Positions 1-12,335 of a stretch of 64,000 bases of DNA are shown here, piece after piece (the stretch's first letter is position 1; every line of letters starts with the position of its first letter). Source of the stretch: Ophelia neglecta (taxonomy: Eukaryota); NCBI GenBank assembly GCA_965285935.1, contig OZ260664.1, positions 78,244,001 to 78,308,000 of the forward strand, given 5' to 3'. Below the pieces are notes generated by a model. The model searched no databases, was not told where the DNA came from, and saw only the letters and a list, made by a program, of their open reading frames with translations. The position numbers were made by a program, and so were the translations under genes.

Positions 1-1189
1 TTAGTAGTAAATTTCAAGCTTTTTCTACCGGCTTGGTTCCTTCAACATTGGCAGCCTCCCGTATAGTAAGTTGGCCAATCTGATTTAACATATTAAGTAT
101 TTTCTAACAACAAGTTTCATATACGTATCTGAGGGCGTCGGGAGGTTTGAGGGCATTTCTGAAATGCCAATCACGTTACGCGATTTAAGGACGGGAATCG
201 CTGTTGTCTTTATTTGTAAACAGTTAACTTAGATTAACTATTTCTTAGCCGCATTGGTTGGATAATTACGGAAAAGCCATACAATGTTCCGTTCTCCCTC
301 TCATAACTGTGCATACTATAATCAGAAACATTCTAGGTCGAATGTATCTATTTATTTCAACATCCCGGGTAGCCCTTGCATGCTTCCCTCTTCTACAAAG
401 GGGCCTAGCACCTCGAGTATATTACTGACGGAAATCATAACCTATGTGATCTCATTTCACAGCTCAATATTTTTGGAAAACATTTCCCAAATATTTTTTT
501 TTTTACTTATAAAAATCCTTTTACAGAAATTCAGACAACCAGACAATAATAGGATGAGTAATACGGCTGCAAAAGAAGTTTAAACAAACTCGGCCAAAAA
601 AATGTATCACATTAAAGTTTTTTTTAAACAAAAATATTGAAGTATCTTTTCTTTTTTAAAAAGTCCCAGTATTCTATTAAATAAATATGTCTCGTCTAAA
701 ATACATTGTATTTTCAAAAAAACGAATGCTTTAGAGATATAACCCCAAATAACCCCGCAAAAACTGCACTCTTTTGTGACTGTTCTTTGTTAGTTATGCC
801 AAATGTCTTTTTTTTAGATAAATTTAACGCAGTATGGAAGGGGATGATGTGGTAGTATTTAGTATAGCTGAATCGCCCTTGAATGTATATAGCCATGGGA
901 GCTGACTCGGCTAACAGCCGCCAGACTCGAAGTCAAAAAGACCCATGTTTTAGCTGCTTCACTTAGTATCAGGAGGAACATGATGTGATATCCTCTGTGT
1001 ATTATTAGCGGCAAAATGACATCATTAGTCACGTGGATTTACTATAATGTGAAATATCAAACGACATCCTTGGGCGTCTGTGTCCTTTTATAATATATTA
1101 TAAAGATATATATGACTGCCACGTGCGTAAGGGTGAAGGTCATATTTCATACATGAACAAAGGCTTAAATACCCCTATACTCGGGCTTC

Positions 1190-1780
1190 TGTTTTTAATA
1201 TCCCAGAGAAAGTGACATGTTTGGTGTTAGTTTAGTATAAACATATTTATTTATTCTGGCTCTCCCCAATAGCCAAGGTTAATCGAGGGGGATCGCCAGG
1301 AGGCAGCAAGCTACTGTTGGGGAGGTTTATGTACTTCGATATCAGATAATAATGGCAAGATAGGTTCATGGTTGAGCAGAGGGAAAGCGACCTGTTTGGG
1401 GTTCTGTCTTCATAAGCAGAGAGAGAAAGTGACATTAACAAATTGTCATGCTTGCCCGTCTATGATAATATATGAGAGAGAGTGTGAGAAATAATGTTCC
1501 TGTGCCCTTAATATCGGAGAGAAAGTGGCCAGTTTGGGGTTCTGCCTACGCCGACAAAGAGAGTGGCACGATTTGACTCTTTTATTTAATATCGTTGAGA
1601 CATATACATGTATACATGTTTGTGTTTTCCTCGAGTGTGTATACATCTGTACTATCCAGAAGGTAGTGTTAACGTTAGGCTGGCCTTCATGCGGTCTTTG
1701 ATATCAGACACAAAGAGGCATATTTTGAGTTCGGTGTTTAATATCAGGGATAACTGACCTCATTTGGTTCCTGTATTTAT
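1190..1780. repeat. Highly degenerate ~40-bp minisatellite
   Basis: Recurring TTAATATC..GAGAAAGTG.C..GTTTGGGGTTCTG motifs near 1195, 1378, 1508, 1700 and 1738. Confidence 0.5.
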
Positions 1781-1897
1781 TATGACAGATGACACTTACA
1801 CTACATATGAAGGCACATGTCTGTAGTTTGAATCGGAGACAAATTAAAAGTTTTATTTATATGACTCATCATCATTGTAAGTAATTACAGTACTTAC

Positions 1898-2015
1898 CAA
1901 GTGGTTGGTGCTCAAAGATACTACATCGTTCATCAGGGAAATAAAATTGGAGCCCCTCTCCTAGGATACACTCGCTCTCCATCCGCGAGGGGCGCCACTG
2001 GTGTTTGCATACCTT
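1898..2015 (-). CDS. Internal exon (118 nt) of the same gene; gene probably continues beyond the left edge
   Basis: Acceptor aaacaacttcag|, donor |gtaagt, phase 0 to 1. Encodes KVCKHQWRPSRMESECILGEGLQFYFPDERCSIFEHQPL. An alternative phase-1 acceptor at 2050 is in the same frame. Confidence 0.8.
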
Positions 2016-2151
2016 CTGAAGTTGTTTAAAATTTTCATCTAAAAGTTCACCTAAATGTGCAAGGCGCAACATATTTGAACACACAAATCATTTCATATAA
2101 ACATAATTGTGGTTTCGAGGCAAATGTTGGGGTGAAAAGGTTAAAACTCAC

Positions 2152-2231
2152 CCGTTTACTGCCCTCCAAATGTGCCCGGAAGTCAAACCCTCCTTTCAGC
2201 GGACAAAAGTTCCACTCGTCTTTTTGAGATG
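2152..2231 (-). CDS. Internal exon (80 nt) of the same gene
   Basis: Acceptor ttatgtgtag|, donor |gtgagt, phase 1 to 0. Encodes (A)SQKDEWNFCPLKGGFDFRAHLEGSKR. Confidence 0.85.
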
Positions 2232-2568
2232 CTACACATAACACACACGGAATTAGTTTGATATTACAGTATAATCTAAACAAACTGGAATGCGCAACAC
2301 AATCCCGGGAAGGCATCATTGTATTAGCCCTGGCATTTTCATTTCCCTTTGTCAACTTTTACGATTTCATCTACGGATTTTATGAAATTTATTCATCTCC
2401 ACAGATTTGACGAAAGGAATCTCTTGTAATCGCATGCTTTAGAAATTTGAGCTGACAAAGTGATGTATCATGAGCAAATTACTCCTATCATTACCGAGAA
2501 AAGCTGCTTAATACTGGCAAATATTGTATAATGCATGTACTCTGATGAAAAAAAGGGTAAAATCTTAC

Positions 2569-2643
2569 CAATCCAAGGCCAGGGATCCCGTTCTAACGAG
2601 CTATCGTAGCACAGTATGTCCTCGTTTACCGACTTAGGCGAGG
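2569..2643 (-). CDS. Internal exon (75 nt) of the same gene
   Basis: Acceptor ttttcgtatatttag|, donor |gtaaga, phase 1 to 1. Encodes (A)SPKSVNEDILCYDSSLERDPWPWI. Confidence 0.85.
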
Positions 2644-3320
2644 CTAAATATACGAAAAATAGCACAAACTATAGCGTGATAGCAACGGTACAAATGAGCA
2701 TGACAAGGATATCGTTGAGGAAGTAATATTAAAATAAGTTCCATACTGATGTGACGTGAGCATCTAATCAGAGTTTATTATATAGACTAGAATGGAATAT
2801 GTAACAGTGCAAAGAGCGGTTTATCAGGGTCAGAAACCTTATGGTAAGATCAACCCTAATGGAATTTCTATGCACCATTTTCATACTCTCTCTTTTAGAA
2901 TGGCCGATTGACTTTAACCTGCAGGATATATTCAACGTCAGAGCCTCGTTTCCTTTACTCTTAAAATGCCCAGAGTTGCCTTCGAATGATGACTAATGAC
3001 CAAACTATGTATAATTAACTTAATCCGAACGTCGGTGTTTAAACATAATCACGTGTTTTTGTACGTTAAGAACACAGATGATGGTTGCTACAGGTCGTTA
3101 CTTATTCGTTAGCTTTATACTCAAGTTTAAGTACACCCACACTAAGTCTTGTAAAGGCCGTATTTCGTGGAACGTCTTTTTAAAGCTACCAGCGAGGTGG
3201 TAGCAGAGGTAATGGAGGAGAGCTAAATTTAATGTACACGGGTTCTTAGATATAAGACTGAGGCGTGCCGTCATATAACGATAAAACTGTATTTCGTTTG
3301 GCTGGTGAGATGCCCAGGGG

Positions 3321-4079
3321 TACGGGTCAGAGGACCATGATTACGGGTCAGAGGACCATGATTGCGGGTCTACCGGACGAGCTGAGTCCTATAAATGGAG
3401 TCAAAGTCTGAGGATTACGAGGCCTTCATTCGAAATCCATGATTGAGTGTCTTTCATCCGAGGCCAATGATTGCGGGTTAGGGGCCAATGATTGGGGCTA
3501 TCGTCCGAGGTTCATGATATCGGGTAAGGGGCCACTGATTGCGGCTCTCGTCCAAAGCCCACATTGGCTGTTAGGGGCCACTGATTGCGACTATCGTTCG
3601 AGGCCCATATTTGCGGGTAAGGGGCCACTGATTGCGACTATCGTCTGAGGTCCATGATTGCGGGTTAGGGGCCACTGATTGCGACTATCGTCCGAGGTCC
3701 ATGATTGCGGGTTAGGGGCCACTGATTGCGGCTATCGTCCGAGGTCCATGATTGCGGGTTAGGGGCCTCTGATTGCGGCTATCTTTCGAGGCCCATGATT
3801 GCGGGTTAGGGGCCACTGATTGCGGATATCGACCGAGGTCCATGATTGCGGGTTAGGGGCCTCTGATCGCGGCTATCGTCCGAGGTCCATGATTGCGGGT
3901 TAGGGGCCACTGTTTGCGGCTATCTTTCGAGGCCCATGATTGCGGCTATCGTCCGAGGTCCATGATTGCGGGTTAGGGGCCTCTGATTGCGGCTATTCTC
4001 CGAGGTCCATGATTGCGGGTTAGGGGCCTCTGATTGCGGCTATCGTCCGAGGTCCATGATTTCGGGTTAGGGGCCACTG
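3321..4079. repeat. GC-rich minisatellite, 47-bp unit (about 13 copies) preceded by 21-bp related units
   Basis: Consensus TCCATGATTGCGGGTTAGGGGCCACTGATTGCGGCTATCGTCCGAGG; period 47 (e.g. 3651 to 3698). Confidence 0.95.
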
Positions 4080-6363
4080 CGCCGAGTTTCCCTAGTCCAA
4101 ATTCAACATAATGGAGTCTTATGTATCATTCAGAACGTTACAGGACATAAAATCCTTTAGCCAGGGGAAGGACAACATTTATCTGGGCTATAACTATATG
4201 ATTAGTTGAAATTAATGGGAATAATGTCCCTGCATGGAGCACAACCATAAATAAAAGAAGATTAAGGGAAACCATTTTAAACCTGGGTGGAACCAAGTCA
4301 CAGAGGCGGGATCAAACATTTAAATTTATCATGGGACTGTAGTGACCCACAAAGAGAAATACGATTTTTGCAAAGACAGTCCGAAAGGATTTGAAAGACA
4401 CTATCAGACGAGTAGTATTGCACCAGTGATGTGAAGCTAACTGGTGATTCCCGGAAAGGTTGAAACAATAAAGGAGAAAAACCTTAAAATGAGCGATGTG
4501 TAGTGTGTGTACGTAATGGATGGAAGGTCCCATATCTTTGATTGAAATTGTCCACGTTTTGTGTCAATATCTGAAGATTCATATCGCCGCCAGACCTAAT
4601 GGGAAATATTCAATTTTAGATGGCTTTTAATACTATTGAAGGCGGTGTTATTTCGACTCTAGACGTATATGTCCGGCGATGTTATTTTTAGGGATTGTGA
4701 ATTGGAAGCTGCCTCAAGCACCACCGTGCAGCATGAGCACGATATTTAAAGCAAGGGATGTATAAAAAAAACCAACTGTCAAGTGAGTTGTAAGTCCGAC
4801 TGTCCAGCACATTTCGCAAGTCAGCCGTCAAGAAATAAAAACACAACGAACTACTGTATTCACAAATGTGCACACTGCTCCTTTGACAGTGTTAATCGAA
4901 ATAACCATATATAAAGTTCATAAAGCATCAACCAAAAAGGTTATTTACAGGATGAAATTTACTTCCCGTTTTCGGACTTGTATGCACTGAAAGCAAATAT
5001 GCGATTGAACTTGTATTAACATGTATGGCGAGCATTTCTCCATCGATCATCATAGGGTTTGTACTAACCTGCTGATCTGCTAACAGCCAGATCAACAGGG
5101 AAAGCTTTGTGTTTTGTTAAAACGTCGATTTTGAAGGGCCTTTGAAAAGATGAATATCAGTGGTATTCTTTAATGTGTATTAAGCAGGATCCTGTCATTT
5201 TTATGTCCAGGTTCAATTACCGTTCATTTGGGAAAATTTTGCATAAACGACAGTATTCAATGCAATTTGTATGATGCCCTTTGTAAAAAGTAAAACCGTA
5301 TTTGAATAACGGTAACCACTCGGTAAAGCTATGGTTGTAATATCAAATAGGCCTATTTAAATATGCTATTAAAAGTGCATCTCAGAACTATATCGTCCAC
5401 CAATTGCCAACGTGGGATTTCCTACTACAATCTCCGTGTCCCTCTAACAAATCTCCGTGATTGGCCAAGACGTCACACTCCTCGTGGGGGCAGTGTATAC
5501 ATGTACATAAAAGTCGATTTAGAACAACTCATGTCATTTATGCGACTCCCGCCTGCCTGAGGGTAATTCCACTTTTTCTGATAAATGGTTGTTATTTCAA
5601 GCACTTGAAATCTTTGACTAATCGCTCGTTTGGCCTGCTGTGTAAGGGAATGTTGTACCTGATACTTAAACTATAGCCCTTTGCCATACATGAGATTGAT
5701 TACAGCTGAACCCGATCTGAAATCTGTGGAACCAGGACGATTAGTCGATGGTGAAGTCAATTAGAACGGCTCAACTCTCAGGGAGCAACTGATTACGAAA
5801 GGTTGTGCGGGTTATTGCACAGGAAATAATTGAGCCAATATAGCCATTTCTCGCAACAATAGCTCAGCTTGATGTAACCGGACTGGAGGTGGCAGCCTGT
5901 ATATTTCACGCATATATGTGATCAATGAATTGACGGATACACAAATTAATGTCACAGAAAGCAACTAAAATGGCGACTCGGTGAACGGCTGCAAATTATT
6001 CAAATATAATATAATATGTAAGTGTGAACACACACACACCCTCACACATATATTTAAATAAATATTTATATATTGTGACGTGAGCGTAAGGTTTTTGTCT
6101 TGCCGCAGATTGGGGGCCGCTTTTTAGAGGCTGCATTGTGCTTGCAATTGGCAAAATAGGGCAAAAGGACTAGCTTATTCCGAGAAATGGTATCAGTAAT
6201 CACTAGCATAAAGTATTATCTCAATACCACAAAAACGAATAACTACGTTTATGTGAAAAGTTTGAGCACTGTCGCCAAAACAGATAACGATCAGTTTACC
6301 AACATTTCTGAAGCCTCCACAGATAACAGAATCGTGATAGCATGTAGAATTATTTGGGCTTAC

Positions 6364-6428
6364 CTGACCATACTTGCACCAAATTGCCATTTCTTCTAAT
6401 AAACTTAAGACAAGAAAATTCTTCCCGT
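6364..6428 (-). CDS. Internal exon (65 nt) of the same gene
   Basis: Acceptor tttatatttccag|, donor |gtaagc, phase 2 to 1. Encodes (G)REEFSCLKFIRRNGNLVQVWS and joins both neighbours in frame. Confidence 0.85.
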
Positions 6429-7835
6429 CTGGAAATATAAAGGGCATTTCAAAATATTAGTAATATTCAAATGGCAATGCGTTCTATTGGAATGATGCCT
6501 TTGCTCTTATCCCATAATGATGTTTCAGAAAGGACAGGGGTTTCAAATTACTCCAAAACATCACTTATTAAGAACACAGACAAATATTCCACGCCCGTCT
6601 TATTATCCTTTGTGCTTCAATTCTATTTCAAGTATCTGGATGGTTATTTAATTCTGTTTTTGTGTTCGAATTCGTTATACTATTAACCTGGGATTGTTGA
6701 GAATCATAATAAACTCGATATGTTCGTATATGCCCTATAAACGACCGACCTATCCCCTGAGAAATACAGGTAGCTAGCTAGTGCAATTCTAGCCAAACAG
6801 ACTAGTAGTATGCGCATATATACTTGATGTTTCGAACTTCCTGGTCGACCATTCGTTTTAGCATAACTGCGCAGCCCAGGTGCGCAGCTACATTGAAGGC
6901 ACAGTTGTTTGATAGATCGCGGAGTTCAATGCCATATTAATAGGAAAAGTGGACTGGTAGACTAACAGAGAAAGCCGTGAACATATATGAGTTCGAGCTA
7001 AACATGAGAACTGTACATCTTTTTAATAGGCGAACATCAACTAAACGAACTTACGGCTTAACCGAAGCAAATATATGTGTCTCCTGGGTTATTTGCCAAA
7101 AAAAATTGTAAATTCTGCCTAAACTTTACCTTGAAACTAATATATTTTGGGTTTTACTGAGATAACTGCTTATAACTTGCTACATGATGATAATAGCCAG
7201 GGCTTTCATGATTTCAACCATAGTTTAATGCCGTTTAGGGGTGTCAAAGCCATATTTGGTCGATATTTGTTTCACAGGTAAAGTGCACAATCCCTCCCGT
7301 ATCGACTCGCCTGGAAAAAGGGGCAGCCTTTGATTTAAAAATCTTTGGATGTGTTGTCTTTTTATCAATTGCACAGCAGCTCAAACATTTTACACCCTTG
7401 AGCGTTACACATACCCATGGTAACTTATGGCATTTTAACTGACCTTCTAGACGTATGTTTGTACTGAAATATTTGCATTAGGTATCGAAATTGTAACTGC
7501 CTCGTTTTGGCAGTTCGTCCGCCATCTTAAAAGAAAACATGGCCCAAATCTTGAATCAGCCATGGCTTAATGTCACATAAAATAATTAAACACTATTTAT
7601 GCATTTGCATATAGGTAAGAGACGTTCTTGTGCTAGATGTCTATGCAAAGGCCTACTACAAACAGACTAGCAAAGATTCTTATAATCATAGTGGCCGACT
7701 CTGGTGCCATCAGCGCCGCTGTCGGATAGCCCTCAGCGCCTCCAGGCGGTTGACAAATTGCTTACTTGTATACTGAGATTACAAAGACCAGTTTTCTAAG
7801 ACGGCGACGGCGTATACATGTCTCGGCGTGGCGTA

Positions 7836-8834
7836 AAGCCCCTGTCACACTGTGACGAGTTTGGCCCACGAGTTACGACGAGTGCTGGCGAGTTATAATT
7901 CGCCGAAAATTCGACGAGTTGACCATGATTTCGAGTGATGGAGACATCAGTTCGACTCCTGCTCGAGTTGTGCTCGAGTTCTCTTCCACATTGACACGAG
8001 ATTAGTACGATAACATTCTAATTAACACGAGTTTAATCGACATCTGTACGACCTGTGTACGACATCTTCTCGACAGCTGAAGACTTTTCTACGAGAATGT
8101 ACGAGTTTAGGCGAGACTACACGAGTTTTGGCGACATGTGTACGGGTTAATGACGAGTTATGACGAGTGAGCTGCGAGAAATGTACCAGTGAGGCCAACA
8201 AATAGTAATTTGGGTATAAATTCTGGTGGTCCAGCACTTTTTGGATCAATCTCCAGTTGGTTCTTGTAGGAAAAAACATCACAGCCATGGCTCAGAGGTT
8301 CAGAAACATTGAACTTCTGGCCCAGATGGACCAATATATATACAGATATACCAATCACAAAAATTACACCCCTTTTTATAGAATCGCCACAACTCGCAGC
8401 AATGTCGAGAACATGTCGAACAGAACTCGCAGAAACTCGTACAGATGTTGAAGGGAGTCGTACAATCTCGCTGTATGTCGAGCAGAGATCGCGTTCATGT
8501 CGCCCAAACTCGCAGATAAACTCGTAGCCCATCGAACGACTTTACAACAGGGCGAGAAGTGACGACAACTGAAGACATTTCTACCACATGTGTTCGAGTG
8601 TTGGCGACACCTCTACGACAAGTCTTCAACATGTGTACGAGACGAAAACTCGCACGACAATTTTAAACCGTTTAAAATTCTCGCCACCGCGTGACGAGTA
8701 AAGGCGACATAAAGAGACATCTCTACGATATGCAAAGACATTGTTTCGAGTCCTACACGACACCTGAAGAGTTGTGGCGAGTTGTAACTCGTGGTAACTC
8801 GTGGGCCAAACTCGTCAAAGTGTGACAGGGGCTT
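7836..8834. mobile_element. Non-autonomous TIR DNA transposon (~1 kb; Harbinger-like or TA-targeting)
   Basis: ~48-bp TIR AAGCCCCTGTCACACT(G/T)TGACGAGTTTGGCCCACGAGTTAC(G/C)ACGAGT. Flanked by TA on both sides, or TAA/TTA if the ends are drawn one base inward. Interior is dense in ACGAG/CTCGT/CGAC motifs. Confidence 0.9.
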
Positions 8835-9089
8835 TAACGATATATACCGGATGAGACATGCTAAATATGAAATGGAATTCCTTTAAACATCAGATGGTAT
8901 CAATGTGGGCTAGTGAAAACATATGCATAATAAATTTTGTTTTATTATTCCTAAAACAGCTTCTTTGTCTGCGCATAATTGTCTGTATATAAATATATAT
9001 ATGTATGTAAGTACGTATGTATTTTAACACGGAGTTTTAAAAGCCCATGCATATGGTTTTTCGACTGTACAAATAAATTATATACCTAC

Positions 9090-9399
9090 CCATTAGTTCT
9101 TATCTGAACTCTATACTTTTGCTCCGGTTCCTCTGCCAGGCATATTATACTTTGGACAAGATCTCGTCGGGAACATGTGAAAGTCGAGTTGGCTTTGCCC
9201 TCCTGCCGACACAAGGACCGGCTCACCACCTTGACAAAGGCTACGGTGTGCCTCACCGTGATCTCGCGCTGGTTGGTCCAATTCCCCTGACTGGTAGCGT
9301 AGTGCGACCGTGTTACCCATGTGCGTTCTGATTGATCGGCAAATGCTGCAGTTAAGAATTCTGGGAATTCGCAGTAACCCACAATATCGTCTAAGTCAT
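9090..9399 (-). CDS. Internal exon (310 nt) of the Cys-rich protein gene; C-x-F-P-x-F-L...W module
   Basis: Acceptor ttatttttcag|, donor |gtaggt, phase 1 to 2. Open frame (D)DLDDIVGYCEFPEFL...RTW...LC...TC...IC...KYRVQIRTN(G). Confidence 0.85.
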
Positions 9400-9453
9400 C
9401 TGAAAAATAAGGCACGACTCAGTGTTATTAAGGGTATATAGGCCTAAATATAT

Positions 9454-9534
9454 GAGAGAGAGAGACAGAGAGACAGAGAGACAGGGAGGAAGAGAGACAG
9501 AGAGACAGAAACAGAGACAGACAGACAGACAGAG
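9454..9534. repeat. (AG)n/(AGAC)n microsatellite
   Basis: Direct reading of the sequence. Confidence 0.95.
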
Positions 9535-9738
9535 ATGTTTGCTTTTCGCTAACTAAAGACTTTTTCAAAATTACTTTTGTTTGACGAAAACACTTAGCAA
9601 AAAGACACAAGTAGTATGATTTGTATAGCTCCACTCTGACGAAGGCTCGTCAGACCTGTTATGTAGGGACTTTTACTCAATAGATATAGTGATATTTGTC
9701 CAAACGTACTTCTTTAATTTCATAACATTGAGTGACAT

Positions 9739-9994
9739 CTACAGTATACTTATGAATTGTGTTATGAATAAAAGATAGAGCATCCAATGCGGCGTGCTTC
9801 CGGCAGAGCTGAGAAGGCTACTACCCGGACAATTGTTACATCCTCCCTGTATGTGTAAACTGAGTGTTGTTTGATAATCGTGATTGCAACCGCAAACTCT
9901 TGTAGCAACAGGTTTGTCTGCTTCTGAATAATGTATAACATAACCAGCAGCATCCGCAACCAGACAGGCAATGTCCTCGCTCAGGAAATAATAC
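9739..9994 (-). CDS. Candidate terminal exon encoding a small Cys-rich segment plus a GPI-anchor-like C-terminus (alternative isoform or nested gene)
   Basis: 84 stop-free codons: YYFLSEDIACLVADAAGYVIHYSEADKPVATRVCGCNHDYQTTLSLHIQGGCNNCPGSSLLSSAGSTPHWMLYLLFITQFISIL*. Small residues are followed by a terminal hydrophobic tail. In-frame acceptors at 9994 (phase 2) and 10025/10022 (phase 1). ATTAAA about 20 nt after the stop. Confidence 0.55.
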
Positions 9995-12335
9995 CTATCA
10001 TATGAAGTTTGAAGGGCATGACCTACTGAAGGTCAATGTGTTTCATTAGCAGCGAACGGGGAATGGAAAATAGGACCCGTCATGAATACGGATATCACGA
10101 TCAATGACTTACCTGCTACGACAAAACTGCTCTAATTATCATTCAGAGTGTACCGCCAGTAATTTGGGAAGCGTGCTTTTATCCGACAGGAAGTGAAATA
10201 TCAGCTTACATGCGGGAAATTGCTGTATAAAACACGCTTCGACACACGATGAAAGCTCTAGAAGTAACCTGACACGTGACATGATAATATTATGACAGCT
10301 AGTTGACATATTTAGCTACACGACGGAGGGTGACAGGCTTACACAGCCTTACACCTATTTAAGCCTCAGTACCAAGCAACCGGCTTTCAGGGAAGTCATA
10401 CTTATTTTATTATGACGCTACATGACAGTTGCCTAACAATTTATTGTACACATGTGTCTACATAAAATAATCCATCCTCATAAGCCAAGTACCTTCTGAG
10501 GGCAACCGTCACTTTAATACACCTATACACATTTATTAGTTAGATGCCTTACTAACAACCTTAAACTCATATTTTTCATGTTAAAACCATGAATTTGAAC
10601 ATTTTCTAGCTTTCTACCCACATCAGAATGTTGATTTGGTATTAACATTTTCTCAATTTCTTTTTATTTTGTCCGTACGTACGACGCATTTCCAATTTAC
10701 TAGACACTGAAGGAAACGCGCGTACAGTGACAGGTCGAGAAATAAAAGCTTTCTGAATTAAAATTCGAGTACCCGCCTAATTTATTTTTACATTGTACTC
10801 ATTTCAGGAACATAAAAGTAAAAGAACCAGTAGCAGATTAATCACTAGTCAGAGACTTAAGCCGGATCAATGAGAAGACTTGTCCTAATCTTGCTACGCA
10901 TTTTACCGTATACGGAGTTGACAACTTTCCTTGTGTATTACAGTTTAAGACCTACAATCTCGTGAAAGCAGAGGCATTACGAAGAAATTCTCTCTGGAAA
11001 TTGGTCAAAAGGTCGGCGTTAGCTTTGCTCCTGTGACACAGGTACTTAAGCTTATTTTACTGATCATAAATTGTCTTCCAAAATAGGTTCACCCTCGGGC
11101 GTTCGAAGCTGGCTAATTGGAAATTAACCATTATGGTAGGTCTCATCCGCATACGTGCCGAAGTGGCAGTTCTTTACGAGCTTACCAGCCAGCTAGGGAC
11201 TATATCCGGCGAGTAGCATTTATCAATAGGTTGACAGAGACAGGGGGAAACGGAGAATTCTCTCAGCTTGCCCTGTATGTGGAATCTCTCTCCAGGCAGA
11301 AGGCCATTTTCTATTCTAATGTAATTAAATCTGTCTCATATAGCAAGGCTATATCAACCTTATCTGCCAAGAAATATAAATAAGTGTAATTATAGATTCA
11401 GTACAGCCCAAAAAACAATTTACAACAGTCGCCTCTCATTTTTTTTCCCGTTTTTAAATACTTTCTTGGGTCGAGATGATAATGGACCAGTAATAATGCT
11501 TCAGTAGAATTGCGATAGGAGAGCTCCATATTTTCTAAATGGTTACATTGAATGCTCCACGAGTCGTAGGGGAGTCCAGGGAGAGTCCAATACGGTTAAC
11601 CATGCTTTGAAGTTATACATTTATGAGTGTTTCTGCGAAAAAAAAGGATCTCAAGGGACGGAGGCGCGAGCAGGGGGTGGGAGTTGATGGGACCTCTTGA
11701 ACCCCCCCCCCCCCCCAATACCCCCTCCCCTTCTTTCTGGATAAGGACTTGAGGAGGTCATTGCGGCCAGTTTTCCACCTTCCTTTACTGAAGGCGCTCC
11801 AGGTAGCCTAACACGGGTATGAGATGGGTACCGCCTCCAAATGGGGTTGGAAACCCACCCCTCACACTTCCAAATTACAGTGGACCCTGCTTTCCTAGCA
11901 CCCAATACTTTAATTTAAAATGTTTGACAAGCATAATGATGGTCCTTTCTGGTGAAGGTAAACCTGGGCAAGTTTTAAGACAAAATCGATAACAATGTGA
12001 AAGTGACCCAAAGTTTTAATCTCATATTCCGAATAACAGATCATAGTTTTTATGAAATAACTGATCCTAGTATAAATCATAATCATGTTGAAGAATCAAA
12101 GAAAGTTTGACGTCTGAAGCTCAGGAATTTGAAGCTCCTCAATTGACGAATAAATATACATCAATGACACTGTAATCAAATCTATTGTGTAAGTGGTCTT
12201 CAGACATTTATTTCTCTTTCTAGATAGGTATTTCTTTTAACCAAAATACACATTTTTTAGATTATCACCGACTCATTATTAAACACCTGCTTTGATTTAT
12301 AGAGTCATCAATGAGTGGCAGACGACACAACCTAC

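Noticed and set aside
3439-3648. 69-aa ORF with repeated GKGPLIA; CRISPR-like appearance of the array
   Set aside because: It is a translation of the minisatellite. The units are contiguous with no unique spacers, and the context is eukaryotic with no cas genes.
8022-8532. Four overlapping ORFs inside the 1-kb TIR element
   Set aside because: No transposase or Myb motifs; a by-product of low-complexity CGA-rich sequence.
9635-9654. CTGACGA/CTGATGA hammerhead-core-like motifs (also near 18997, 42694, 51094)
   Set aside because: No matching stem II plus GAAA arrangement nearby.
11740-11905. Possible decayed tRNA-derived SINE on the minus strand (similar A-box-like stretch near 19270-19290)
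   Set aside because: The A and B boxes are too degenerate, and there is no tail or TSD.
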